A DNA stretch of 64,000 nt from Polyangiaceae bacterium (GTDB lineage: Bacteria > Myxococcota_A > Polyangia > Polyangiales > Polyangiaceae). Below are positions 39,131 through 48,561 of the stretch, piece by piece. Location of the stretch: contig JAPSGB010000020.1 of the NCBI GenBank assembly GCA_035063585.1, positions 20,837 to 84,836 of the forward strand. Direction: 5' to 3'. The translations under genes and the position numbers were made by a program. Position 1 is the stretch's first letter; the number at the start of each line of letters is the position of its first letter. The notes beneath the pieces were generated by a model. That model saw only the letters and a program-made list of their open reading frames with translations. It did no database searches and was not told the DNA's origin.

Positions 39131-40620
39131 TGCGCGCGCAGTTCGTGAAGGCCTGCATCTCGGGCGCGCTCCTCGCCGCCGGGCTCGCCTCGTGCAGCCT
39201 CGGCCTCGACGAGAGCCTCATGAGCCGCGGCGCTGCCGGAAGCGGCACCAGCACGGGCGGCACGAGCGGCGCCGGCGGAGCGAGCGGCAGCGGCGGTGCG
39301 CCGGCCACCGGCGGGACGGGCGGCGCGGGAGGCCCCTGCAAGGACAGCTCGGACTGCCCCGCGAACGGCTGCTACGAAGGTGAGTGCGTGAGCAATACCT
39401 GCGTCTACTCACGCTGCCCGACCGCCGCGGCCTGCGAGGTGCGAAGCTGCAACGAGGCGACCAACACCTGCGGCGCCCCCTCGCCCCTCGGGTTCCACTC
39501 GGGTCGCATCGACCTCGGGGAGCCGTTCGGTTGCGCGGGCTCTCCGGCGCGCTGCGTGGCGGCGTTCGGCGACTACATCTTCGCCGTAACGGACAGGAGA
39601 CTCTTCGGCTGGCGCATCACCGATCCGAGCCACCCGGAGCCGCTCATCATCGACACCCCGTTCTTCGGGACTCAAATCACGCGTCTGGTCGCCACCGGCG
39701 GGCGACTGCTCGTGCTCGGGCCCGCGCTGAACGGCCGGCTCAACCTGGCGTGGCTCGAACCGCCCTCGGGCCCGACGAGCACGAGGTGCGAGGTGACCGC
39801 CAGCGCCGTCACGTTCACCGACGGCATCAGCTATGGCTTCCCGGGCGAGCCGGGCAGCGCGTTCATCGTGTGGCATAAATCGCTCTTTCCCGCCGCGTAT
39901 CTGACGCCCCCCACCGCCAACGACTCGACGCTCGCGATGCAGCTCTCCACCGGCCTCGCGACTGACGCAAACGTGATCGGCTCGAGCGGCACCCGCTTGG
40001 TCGCGTTCCGCGTCGACACCACGGACCCCGCGTCGTACCTCGGGTATTTCAGCCTCGAGACCAACGCGGGTACCGTGAACGCACAGCCTTCGCCCGAGCA
40101 GGCGATGACCGGCGCGGGCGACGTACCGAACTCCCTGCCCGCCCATGTTTTCGCGAGCGGCTTCGACGGCTCGGTGGTCTGGCTCACCAACCACGTCGCC
40201 ACCGACGAGGGGGCCGGCGTGCGCTACGGGGACGGCGTGATCTTGCGCTGGCCGCTCCACGGCCACGCGGACAGCTTCGATGACGGCGTGAGCGTCGTGC
40301 TCGAGACGTATCCGCCCTTCGACCCCGACGCAGCCGATCGCGTCGGGCCGCTCGCGCTCGTCGGCGCCGGCGCGGTGGTCGCCACCACGGGCCTCCCTTC
40401 CGACCCCACCCTGGGGGCGAACGTCTACTCCGTGGTGCGCGACGACACGAGGGACCCGAAGCTCACGCGCGGCGGCGCCTCGTTCGTGCTCCCACATGCC
40501 GCGCGCTCACTCGGCGTCGCCGGCGGCGACCGCTTCGGCTTCGTCAGCACGCCGCGCACGACGACACCACCCGAGGCGGCGGACACCGCGATTCACATCT
40601 TCGCGCCCGCGTGCAACTGA
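39130..40620 (+). CDS. Cys-rich lipoprotein
   Basis: Lipobox LASC; Gly-rich linker; CKDSSDCPANGCYEGECVSNTCVY Cys cluster; 1-bp overlap with the upstream gene. Confidence 0.72.
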   Translation: MRAQFVKACISGALLAAGLASCSLGLDESLMSRGAAGSGTSTGGTSGAGGASGSGGAPATGGTGGAGGPCKDSSDCPANGCYEGECVSNTCVYSRCPTAAACEVRSCNEATNTCGAPSPLGFHSGRIDLGEPFGCAGSPARCVAAFGDYIFAVTDRRLFGWRITDPSHPEPLIIDTPFFGTQITRLVATGGRLLVLGPALNGRLNLAWLEPPSGPTSTRCEVTASAVTFTDGISYGFPGEPGSAFIVWHKSLFPAAYLTPPTANDSTLAMQLSTGLATDANVIGSSGTRLVAFRVDTTDPASYLGYFSLETNAGTVNAQPSPEQAMTGAGDVPNSLPAHVFASGFDGSVVWLTNHVATDEGAGVRYGDGVILRWPLHGHADSFDDGVSVVLETYPPFDPDAADRVGPLALVGAGAVVATTGLPSDPTLGANVYSVVRDDTRDPKLTRGGASFVLPHAARSLGVAGGDRFGFVSTPRTTTPPEAADTAIHIFAPACN

Positions 40621-40633
40621 CGCTCCGGGGGGT

Positions 40634-40660
40634 TGTCGGTCCGGCGCGGAACCGCGCCGG
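40634..40660 (-). repeat. Dispersed intergenic REP-like palindrome, best copy
   Basis: tgtcggt-ccggcgcgg-aa-ccgcgccgg, with perfect 9-bp arms, between convergent genes. Confidence 0.65.
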
Positions 40661-40722
40661 GTGCCCAGCCGAGAGGCCGGCTGGCTCGGGCCACCCGGCC
40701 CGCAGCGCGTCGTCAGGCCGCC

Positions 40723-41853
40723 TCAGCGCACCACGAGGCTCATGCGCGTCCACGCCGCGCCGCCCCGGTTGTCCTGCACGACCGCCCACACGGTGACCGG
40801 TCCCGGGCGCTTCGGCGCGCGGAAGGTGGTGCCGTAGTCTTCGTTCCAGCCGCGCTTTGCGTCGTTCACGAGCCGCACCTCCGAGGCGAGCGTGCCCGAG
40901 GTCGCGTAGTAGCGGACCCACATCTGCTCGGTGAGCCCGCGCCCACCGCCGGTGTCCGCCGCGAGCCGATCGGGCTCGACGCTCGCTCGCAGGATCGCCG
41001 GCTTCAGCGTGAGCTCCGGGCAGTCCGGGCCGCCATTGTCGTCACAATGCGGCACGCAGCGGGCGTCCCCGCCCGCGCAGTCGATGGGCTCGGGCGGCTC
41101 GAGCGGCGAGGGCTCGTCGCATCCGCCGGAGCGCGTCGGCTCGGGCAGGCCGAGCGAGCACGCCGTCACGAGGCACTCGTCCCCGACGCAGTCCGCCGGG
41201 ACGTCTGCCTGTCCGTTGAAGGTGAAGGTGCGCGAAAGCTCGGGGTTCAGGTTTCTGTACCCGTCATAGAGGTAGATGGACGAATAGCCCGCGACGAAAT
41301 CGTCCGGGCCGAGCGCCTTGCCCGAAGCGTCCCGGCAGACGAGCGGAAAATCGGCCTCCGAGGTCGGCGCCTCGAAGCCCAGCTCGCCCGCGCACAGCGC
41401 GAAGAAGACGTACGCGACGCCGTAGGGCGGCATCCGAGGGTCCGGAGAGCTCCGCAGGATCGGCTGCCCGTCGGGGAGGCTCGTGGGGATCTCGAGCGAA
41501 AATGAGCTCGAATTGAAGCCCAGCGTCGGAGCTGGCCCCGGGCTCGGGCTCCCACCGAGCTGCGCGGCCGCCTGATAGAGCTGCGGGAAGCAGCCGTAGT
41601 AGAGATCGCCCGGCGGATCGAAGCAGCCACCCATCCACATCGCCCGCACCGTGCGCGGCGCCGCCTTCGAGGCGTCGTGCCAGAGCATGTCGAGCGTGAC
41701 CGTCTCCCCCGGACGCGCGTACGGGGCGCTCTTCGTCACGCCGAGGATGCGGAGGCTGTTTACCTTGCTCGCCGGATCGAATTGCGGCCCGCAACCGCTC
41801 GCCGCGAGAGCGAGGCCGAGCGCGACCGCGCGGCTGACGAGAGTGGCGCGCAT
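40723..41853 (-). CDS. Lipoprotein associated with the TonB-dependent receptor
   Basis: Lipobox ASGC; FDPASKVNSLRILGV...PYARPGETV; C-terminal VWAVVQDNRGGAAW; abuts the TBDR stop codon. Confidence 0.75.
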   Translation of the reverse strand: MRATLVSRAVALGLALAASGCGPQFDPASKVNSLRILGVTKSAPYARPGETVTLDMLWHDASKAAPRTVRAMWMGGCFDPPGDLYYGCFPQLYQAAAQLGGSPSPGPAPTLGFNSSSFSLEIPTSLPDGQPILRSSPDPRMPPYGVAYVFFALCAGELGFEAPTSEADFPLVCRDASGKALGPDDFVAGYSSIYLYDGYRNLNPELSRTFTFNGQADVPADCVGDECLVTACSLGLPEPTRSGGCDEPSPLEPPEPIDCAGGDARCVPHCDDNGGPDCPELTLKPAILRASVEPDRLAADTGGGRGLTEQMWVRYYATSGTLASEVRLVNDAKRGWNEDYGTTFRAPKRPGPVTVWAVVQDNRGGAAWTRMSLVVR

Positions 41854-41854
41854 C

Positions 41855-44620
41855 TTAGAACTCACCTCGAACCCCGACGCTGGGGAGGATCGGGAGCCCG
41901 CTCTGATAGGTGTGCTGGCTATAATTGTAGTTATAAGAGATCCCCTCGATCGCGGCGTTATTGTAGACGTTCTGCACGTCGAGGTACGCCGAGAGCCGCC
42001 AGTCCTCGAACTGCCAGCGCTTGTCCACGCGAATGTCGAGCTGGTGAAAGAGCGGCAGCCGCTCGCTGTCGACGGCGCCCTGGAGCGGCGTGTACGCGCC
42101 CGCGTCGGCCGCGTAGAGCGCGGGCATCCCGGCGAGCACCGGCGTCACGAGCGAGCCGCTCACGATGCGGAAGCGCGCCCCGAACTCCCACCCGCGACCG
42201 AGGCGGTAGCTGCCGAGCGCGGTCAGGTTATGGGTCTGATCGTAGTGATAGAGAAACTCGGGCTCGTCCGGAGCGGTCTGCCGAATGCTTCGTGACAGGG
42301 TGTAGGCGATCCAGCCGAAGAAGCGCTTGTCTGGCTTGTACTTGATGAGCGTCTCGAGCCCCACGACGTAGCCCGAGCCGTCGTTGCCGTAGCGATATCC
42401 GGTCCCCTCGGGCACGCTCGACACGAGGCTCGAGAGATCCTTGAAGAACCCTTCTACGTCCGCCTCGACGTGACGACTGAGCTCCTGCTCGACGCCCACC
42501 GAGTAGTGGATGGCGCGGTTCGAGTAGAGCCCCGGGGTGCCGAAGGCGTTGGTCGTCTGCTGATACTGCGGCGGCTGAGCGAAGAGACCGACGCCGCCCT
42601 TGACCGTGGTGCGGAGGTGACGCGGCGCGGAGTCGTCGCCGGCGCCCTCATCGTGAGGCGACACTACATCGTAGCGCGCGTTGAGGCGCGGGCTGAAATC
42701 GAGATGCCCGGTGTCGCGCGCGTAGTCGAGGCGCGCGCCCGGCACGACGCGGAGGCGCCGCGTCGGGGTGAGCTCGGCCTCCGCGTACCACGCAGGTCGG
42801 AACACCGTGCCCTTGAAGTGCGCGTCGATGGGCGGCCGCGTGGAGAACGGCCCCGGGTCGGGCTCGCCGGGACGCGGAGGCTGCGGCGCGCGCACTCCGG
42901 CATCGTAAGGCGCCGCGTAGTAATCCATGCCGAGGTTCAGCTTGAAGCCCTCGGCGACCCGCCAGCCGAGCTCGTTCCGCAGCTCGATCGGATGCGCGAC
43001 GAGCGCGAAATTGAAGGTTCCGACGGAGAAATCGAGAGCATCCTTCCCGACCGACAGCATCGAGGAGAGCTCCGCGTCACGCGCGAGCTTGCCGCTGTAG
43101 AGCCCCTGGATGCGCCAGAACGCGGTGCCGAAGGTCAGGTTGCCGCCGAAGCCCGGATCTTCGGAGGCCGGGTCGGTGATGAGCATGTCGAGACGATCAT
43201 CGGAGCCGAACGCGCGCAGGCTGACCCGTGAGTCACGGGTGGGCCGCGTCTCGGCGATGACTTGGTAATCGTAATAGACCGGCGCGGTGGTCACCCCTGC
43301 GCCCGCCTGCTCGAGCGCGGGCTTGAGCCACGCGTCCATCCAGCTCCTCCGCCCGGCGGCCGCGAACGTCCAGCCCTTGACCGGGCCGAGCGGCCCCTGG
43401 AGCATCAGGCGCGCGTCGATGAGATCGACCTGCGCCATGCCGTGATAGCAGCCATCCTTGTCGCTCGGCTTCCCGTACGGCCCGGTGCAGCGCGTGTCGG
43501 GCGCGCGGAGCCCCGCGTCCACGATGCCGCCCGTCACTCGACCGTAGCGCGCGCTGAAGTTGCCGGGATAAAAGTCGATGCGGTCGAGGAGCTCGGTCGG
43601 GACCACGCTCGACAAGCCGCCGAAGTGATAGACGAGCGGCACCCAGGTGCCGTCGATGAAGATGGCGCTGTCCTGGGGCGAGGAGCCACGAACGATGAGC
43701 AGGCCGGCGATGGCCGGCGGGCGCGCCACTCCGGGCAAGCTCAAGATGGAGCGGAGCGCGTCCCCGCCGGTGCCCGGGATGCGCGAGATCTCGCGGCGCT
43801 CGAGCGTCCGGCGCGTGACCTCGCGCGGCGGACGCTCGCCCTGCACGGTGACCTCGATCCCTTCGCTCTCCGGCGCGAGGCGATAGGTCACGTGCGCGGC
43901 CTCCCCGGCGACGACCTCCTCCGTCTGCTCGACCGTGACGAAGCCCACCGCCCGGACCTCGAGCGAGTACTTCCCTGGTGGAAGCAGGGTGAGCTCCCAG
44001 CGTCCCTGAGCGTCGGTGACCAGGCGCTCGACCGCACCGCTCGGCGTGGTGACGACGACCGTCGCGCCGGCGAGCGGCGTGTCGGTGCCGGCGATGTCGA
44101 TGCGTCCGCCGAGGTTCCCCGTCTTGGGCGGCGGGGGCGCGGGCGCGGGTGGCGCCTCCTCGAGCGTGAAGGAGTACCTGTACTTGATCTTCACCGGGAT
44201 CGGCGCGCCGCCGCGGGTGGCCGGCGAGAACCGAAATCCGAGCGCCGCCGCCCGCGCGGCCTCATCGAAGCCGTGCCCGGCCGGCTCGAGGACTTCGGCC
44301 TGCGTCACCGCGCCGGTGGCGTCGATGGTGAGCGCGAGGACGACGTCCGCGGTGAGCCCCGCGGCGAGCGCCTCGGGCGGGTACGGCGCTTCCTCGAAGT
44401 GTTCGAGCTTGGGCGGCACCACCGCCGCCGGGCTCGGCGGCGCGCCCGGCGGCGCCGGACGCGCGACCGCGCCCGAGCTCCCGCCCGGGACTGCGCCGGC
44501 GCCCCGCTCCTCCGCCGGTTCGTCTCCCGCCTGCGCGCGCGCGACCCCCGGCACGACCAGCGCCGCCGCGATGATCGGGACCGCGCGGGCGAGCTTCGAC
44601 GAGCGCGGGCGGCGGAGCAT
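41855..44620 (-). CDS. TonB-dependent receptor with N-terminal TonB_C-like and carboxypeptidase-regulatory-like domains
   Basis: PYPPEA...TIDATGAV...GHGFDEAA...FSPA (TonB_C); plug IPGTGGD...LIVRGS...YHFGG...FYPGNFSARYG; barrel ending GVRGEF. Confidence 0.9.
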   Translation of the reverse strand: MLRRPRSSKLARAVPIIAAALVVPGVARAQAGDEPAEERGAGAVPGGSSGAVARPAPPGAPPSPAAVVPPKLEHFEEAPYPPEALAAGLTADVVLALTIDATGAVTQAEVLEPAGHGFDEAARAAALGFRFSPATRGGAPIPVKIKYRYSFTLEEAPPAPAPPPPKTGNLGGRIDIAGTDTPLAGATVVVTTPSGAVERLVTDAQGRWELTLLPPGKYSLEVRAVGFVTVEQTEEVVAGEAAHVTYRLAPESEGIEVTVQGERPPREVTRRTLERREISRIPGTGGDALRSILSLPGVARPPAIAGLLIVRGSSPQDSAIFIDGTWVPLVYHFGGLSSVVPTELLDRIDFYPGNFSARYGRVTGGIVDAGLRAPDTRCTGPYGKPSDKDGCYHGMAQVDLIDARLMLQGPLGPVKGWTFAAAGRRSWMDAWLKPALEQAGAGVTTAPVYYDYQVIAETRPTRDSRVSLRAFGSDDRLDMLITDPASEDPGFGGNLTFGTAFWRIQGLYSGKLARDAELSSMLSVGKDALDFSVGTFNFALVAHPIELRNELGWRVAEGFKLNLGMDYYAAPYDAGVRAPQPPRPGEPDPGPFSTRPPIDAHFKGTVFRPAWYAEAELTPTRRLRVVPGARLDYARDTGHLDFSPRLNARYDVVSPHDEGAGDDSAPRHLRTTVKGGVGLFAQPPQYQQTTNAFGTPGLYSNRAIHYSVGVEQELSRHVEADVEGFFKDLSSLVSSVPEGTGYRYGNDGSGYVVGLETLIKYKPDKRFFGWIAYTLSRSIRQTAPDEPEFLYHYDQTHNLTALGSYRLGRGWEFGARFRIVSGSLVTPVLAGMPALYAADAGAYTPLQGAVDSERLPLFHQLDIRVDKRWQFEDWRLSAYLDVQNVYNNAAIEGISYNYNYSQHTYQSGLPILPSVGVRGEF

Positions 44621-44675
44621 GCTCGAATCCCGGTAGCAAAAGCCGGGCGCGACGACAAGCGCGCGCGAGCGCTCC

Positions 44676-44700
44676 GCGCAGATTCCGCGCCGAACCGACA
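44676..44700 (+). repeat. Dispersed intergenic REP-like motif, copy
   Basis: attccgcgccgaaccgaca tail in the GH92-TBDR gap; left arm degenerate. Confidence 0.5.
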
Positions 44701-44719
44701 GCTCCCTTTCCTCCTTCGC

Positions 44720-46978
44720 TCAGCCGCGGATCATGTGGAAGACGAGCTGGTGCGCCCCTTCGAGCTCGCCGTGGGTGACGGTGGCGCCTTCGAGCGGCCG
44801 GCCGTCGAGTGTGATCCTGCCCGGGACCAGCCCCGGCGCGGGCGCCGGCCTCGCCTCGATCCGAAGCTCGCCGCTCTCGCGATGGATCACCATGCGCGGG
44901 AACCGCGGCGCGCCCACCAGGTAGCGGTCGCTCCCCGCGACGGGATAGAGGCCCGCGTCGGCGAGCAGCAGCCACGCGCTCATGGTGCCGCCGTCGTCGT
45001 TGCCCGGGATTCCGTCGGGGCCGGTGCCGTAGAGCTCGCGGACGATCCAGTCGTTCACGCGCGCGGTGTCCGCCCGCGAGCCCCAGGCGGTGAAGAGCCA
45101 CGGCGCGTGGATGTCCGGCTCGTTACTCTGCCAGTAGTAGAGCCGCGCTCCGACGATCGGCGATTCGTCCATCGAGTCGTCGAAGAAGCCGCGCAGGCGA
45201 GCGAGCGCGGCCTCCTCGCCTCCGAGCACCTCGGCGAGGCCGTCGGGATCGTGCGGCGCCATCCACAGGTACTGCCAGGCGTTGCCCTCGACGTAGTCGT
45301 TCGACATCTGGGTCGGGCTGACCCAGGTGGTAAACGAGCCGTCCGCGTTCTTTCCTCGAAAAAACCCGAGCTCGGGATCGAACAGCCCGGCGTAGCTCTT
45401 TGCGCGTGCGGCCAGCACCTGGTGATCGGCGTCGCGTCCGAGGCGCGCCGCCCAGGCCGCGAGCGCGCCGTCGGCCACCGCGTACTCCTGGGTCTCCGAT
45501 ACCGAGCCGTCCGAGGCGTCGGCCGGGACGTAGCCGTGCGCGATGTAGTCAGCGACGTGCCCGCGCCCGCCCGACGGCCCGGGCGACTCCTCGAAGGCGG
45601 CCACCCGCGCGACGTCGTAGGCCGCGCCCTCGTCGTCGAAGCGGACACCCTTCAGCGCGGACTCGGCGAGCACGATCTCGCCGGGCGAGCCGATCATCGA
45701 GTGGGCGTCGCCGTGCGCGAGCGACCAGCGCGGCACCGCGCCGCCCTCGTGGCCCATGGCCACCAGCGAGGCTGCGAAATCGGCGTTCCTCGGATCCTCG
45801 GCGAGGAGGAGCCACGGATGGAGCGTGCGGTAGGTGTCCCACAGGGAAAAATCGCTGTAGCGCGGGCGAGCGGTCGAGGTGACGCTCCCATCCATGGCGA
45901 CCACGCGGCCGTCCACGTCGCTCATCAGCGTGGGCATGAGGAGCGCATGGTAGAGCGCGGTGGCGGTGAGCGTGGTGTCGCGCTCGCTCGCGCCGAAGAT
46001 CTCGACGCGGCCGAGCTCGCTCCGCCAGGCGGCCTCGGCCGCGGCGCGCATCGCGTCGAACTCGAAGCCGGGCGCCTCCGCCGCGAGGTTCTTCTCGGCG
46101 CCGGCCGCGTCCACGAAGCTCACCGCGACCCGCATCGTCACCGTCCGGGTTCCGGGTGGAAATTCGAGGTAGCCGCCGACCGAGGTCGCGCCGCCCTCCG
46201 GCGCGAGGCTCGACACGGTCGCCTCGCCCGGGCGCCGCCCCGCGTCGTCCCACACGCCGACCGCCTTCGGCGCGACGTCGAACGCGGCGCGCGCGTAGAC
46301 CTCGTACCCGCCGAAGCGGCTGCTCATGGCACCCAACGAATGCATGGCCGCCTCGAGCTCGCCGCTCGCCGGATCGATGGTGACCGAGCCCGAGAGCGTA
46401 CGGCCGCCGCCGAGACCGTGCCCGAGATCGAGCAACACCACCGGCGCCGCCCCTTCTGGAAAGCCGTACCTGAAGAGGGCCGCGCGAAGACTCGAGGTGA
46501 TCTCGACCTCGATGCCATCGGCGAGGCGGACGCGATACGCGCCCGGGGTCGCGTGCTCGTCGGCGTGCGAGAAGCCCGCGCGGTAGCCATCCGCGGTGGT
46601 CTTCTGGTCGCTCATGCCGAGCGTCGGCATGAACGACACCACGCCGTAGTCGTTCGCGCCCGTACCGTGAAAGTGGAGGAGGCTGAAGCCGCCGATGAAG
46701 GCGTCGTCGTAGTAGTACCCGGAGCAATGGTAGAAGTCCGCGCCGGGGCTCGACGCGCTCCGCGAGTCGGGGCTCGGGTGGATCATCGCGAAGGGCACCG
46801 CGGGGCCCGGGTATGCCGAGCCCACCCCGAAGCCGATGCCGCCCGTGCCGATCATCGGATCCACCGCGGCGAAGAGCTCCGCCGCTTCGAGCGGCGTCTC
46901 GCTCTCCTCCGGCTCGCCACCGCAGGCAGCGAGCGAGAACGCGACGCCGACGAGAACGAGCCGAGTGAGCGCGGACAT
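44720..46978 (-). CDS. GH92 alpha-mannosidase family lipoprotein
   Basis: Lipobox LAAC; VDPMIGTG, PGPAVPFAM..SPD, FSLWDTYR, EGNAWQY, SNEPDIH and GNDDGGTMSAW. Confidence 0.92.
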   Translation of the reverse strand: MSALTRLVLVGVAFSLAACGGEPEESETPLEAAELFAAVDPMIGTGGIGFGVGSAYPGPAVPFAMIHPSPDSRSASSPGADFYHCSGYYYDDAFIGGFSLLHFHGTGANDYGVVSFMPTLGMSDQKTTADGYRAGFSHADEHATPGAYRVRLADGIEVEITSSLRAALFRYGFPEGAAPVVLLDLGHGLGGGRTLSGSVTIDPASGELEAAMHSLGAMSSRFGGYEVYARAAFDVAPKAVGVWDDAGRRPGEATVSSLAPEGGATSVGGYLEFPPGTRTVTMRVAVSFVDAAGAEKNLAAEAPGFEFDAMRAAAEAAWRSELGRVEIFGASERDTTLTATALYHALLMPTLMSDVDGRVVAMDGSVTSTARPRYSDFSLWDTYRTLHPWLLLAEDPRNADFAASLVAMGHEGGAVPRWSLAHGDAHSMIGSPGEIVLAESALKGVRFDDEGAAYDVARVAAFEESPGPSGGRGHVADYIAHGYVPADASDGSVSETQEYAVADGALAAWAARLGRDADHQVLAARAKSYAGLFDPELGFFRGKNADGSFTTWVSPTQMSNDYVEGNAWQYLWMAPHDPDGLAEVLGGEEAALARLRGFFDDSMDESPIVGARLYYWQSNEPDIHAPWLFTAWGSRADTARVNDWIVRELYGTGPDGIPGNDDGGTMSAWLLLADAGLYPVAGSDRYLVGAPRFPRMVIHRESGELRIEARPAPAPGLVPGRITLDGRPLEGATVTHGELEGAHQLVFHMIRG

Positions 46979-47112
46979 CGCTCAATTCTAGACCAACTCG
47001 CGCCCCGACGCCGAGCCCCGGCAGGGAGCCCTGCCGAGGCGGCGCGGCCGGCGCCGCGGCGATCCCCTCCGGCGGGGTTGCCCCGCGAAGCGCGCGGGCG
47101 TACGGCCGCGCG

Positions 47113-47892
47113 GTGAAGATCGCGACCTGGAACGTGAACTCGATCCGCGCGCGCGAGGAGCTCGTCCTCGACTGGCTCCGGCGCACGAAGATGGACGTCC
47201 TCTGCATGCAGGAGACGAAGGTCATCGACGACGACTTCCCGACCGAGGGATTTCAGCGACTCGGCTACGAAATCGCCATTTCCGGACAGAAATCCTATAA
47301 CGGGGTCGCCATCGCCTCCCGGCTCCCGCTCCGCGAGCTCACCGTCGGGCTCGACGGCGAGGGGCCGGGCGCGGACAAGCGCGCGATCGCCGCCACCGTC
47401 GACGGCGTGCGGGTGATGAGCGTGTACGTGCCGAACGGCAAGGCGGTCGACTCGCCCGCCTTCCCCGAGAAGCTCGCGTGGTTCGAGCGGCTGCGGGGGA
47501 CGCTCGAGAAGCGCTCGGGGCCGCGCGCCGAGCTCGCGGTGTGCGGAGACTTCAACGTCGCGCGCGAGGCTCGTGACGTCTACGCTCCGGAGAAGCTCGC
47601 CGGGAAGCTCCACTTCCACCCCGACGAGCACCGCGCGTTCGACGAGCTACTCTCCGTGGGGCTCGTCGACGGGTTTCGGCTGCACCACGACGCGGCCGGG
47701 CTCTATAGCTGGTGGGACTACCGAGGCGCGAGCGTCCAGCGGAACCAGGGAATGCGCATCGACTACGTGCTCCTCACCGCCAGCCTCGCGGCGCGCTGCC
47801 GGGCGGCGAGCATCGACGCCGACGAGCGCCTCAAGGAGCGGCCGTCCGATCACGTCCCGGTGGTGGTGGAACTCTCGGAGCGAGCGGAGTAG
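47113..47892 (+). CDS. xth: Exodeoxyribonuclease III (AP endonuclease)
   Basis: ATWNVNSIRAR, QETK, YNGVAI, YVPNG, GDFN, YSWWDYR, RIDY and SDHVPV. Confidence 0.95.
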   Translation: MKIATWNVNSIRAREELVLDWLRRTKMDVLCMQETKVIDDDFPTEGFQRLGYEIAISGQKSYNGVAIASRLPLRELTVGLDGEGPGADKRAIAATVDGVRVMSVYVPNGKAVDSPAFPEKLAWFERLRGTLEKRSGPRAELAVCGDFNVAREARDVYAPEKLAGKLHFHPDEHRAFDELLSVGLVDGFRLHHDAAGLYSWWDYRGASVQRNQGMRIDYVLLTASLAARCRAASIDADERLKERPSDHVPVVVELSERAE

Positions 47893-47922
47893 CGTCCGGC
47901 CGACCCCAACGGAGGAATCGTC

Positions 47923-48561
47923 ATGAAGCGCTCCCTATTCGCCCTGTCTCTCTGGTCGACCCTCGGCCTGCTCGCCGCGTGCGGCGGCGCGCAGCAACCG
48001 GAGCCCGAGGCCGCCCCGACCGCGAGCGAGCCGGCGCCGCCCCCGCCGCCCCCGCCGCCCCCGGCCGAAGACACCGCCGCCGAGCCCGCGCCGGCGCCGG
48101 CGCCAGAGCCGCCCAAGCCGATCGAAGGCAAGCTCGTCGGTCCCGCGAAGTCGAAGCTCACCGGCACGGTCACGGTCAGCGCGGAGGGCGACGGCGTGAA
48201 GGTGGTGGTCACCGTGGAGAACGCCAAGCCGGGCCTCCACGGGACGCACATCCACGAGAAGGCCGACTGCAGCGCGCCCGACTTCACGAGCGCTGGAGGG
48301 CACGTGAACCCGGACGGCAAGCAGCACGGGCTGCCGACCGCCGAAGAGCATCACCTCGGCGATCTCGGCAACCTCGAGGTCGGCAAGGACGGCAAGGGGA
48401 CGCTCGAGATCGTGGTGAAGAGCGCCAACCTGACGCCGGGCGATCCGCGCTCGTTCGCCGACCGGGCCGTCATCGTCCACGAGAAGAAGGACGACGGCAC
48501 GCCGCCCATGGGCGGCGCGGGCGGTCGGATCGGCTGCGGCGAGCTCAAGTCGGGGAGCTGA
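47923..48561 (+). CDS. sodC: Cu/Zn superoxide dismutase lipoprotein
   Basis: Lipobox LAAC; metal ligands intact in HGTHIHE, GGHVNP, HGLP, HLGDLGN and VIVHE; GGRIGCG. Confidence 0.92.
   Translation: MKRSLFALSLWSTLGLLAACGGAQQPEPEAAPTASEPAPPPPPPPPPAEDTAAEPAPAPAPEPPKPIEGKLVGPAKSKLTGTVTVSAEGDGVKVVVTVENAKPGLHGTHIHEKADCSAPDFTSAGGHVNPDGKQHGLPTAEEHHLGDLGNLEVGKDGKGTLEIVVKSANLTPGDPRSFADRAVIVHEKKDDGTPPMGGAGGRIGCGELKSGS

Noticed and set aside
43262..47116. 1284-aa + strand ORF, and similar long ORFs such as 174-1076, 1170-2648, 4464-6116, 11097-13091, 29573-31285 and 55748-57733
   Set aside because: Antisense shadows of well-supported genes. They are Arg/Ala/Gly-rich and motif-free, as expected where stop codons are rare at high GC.
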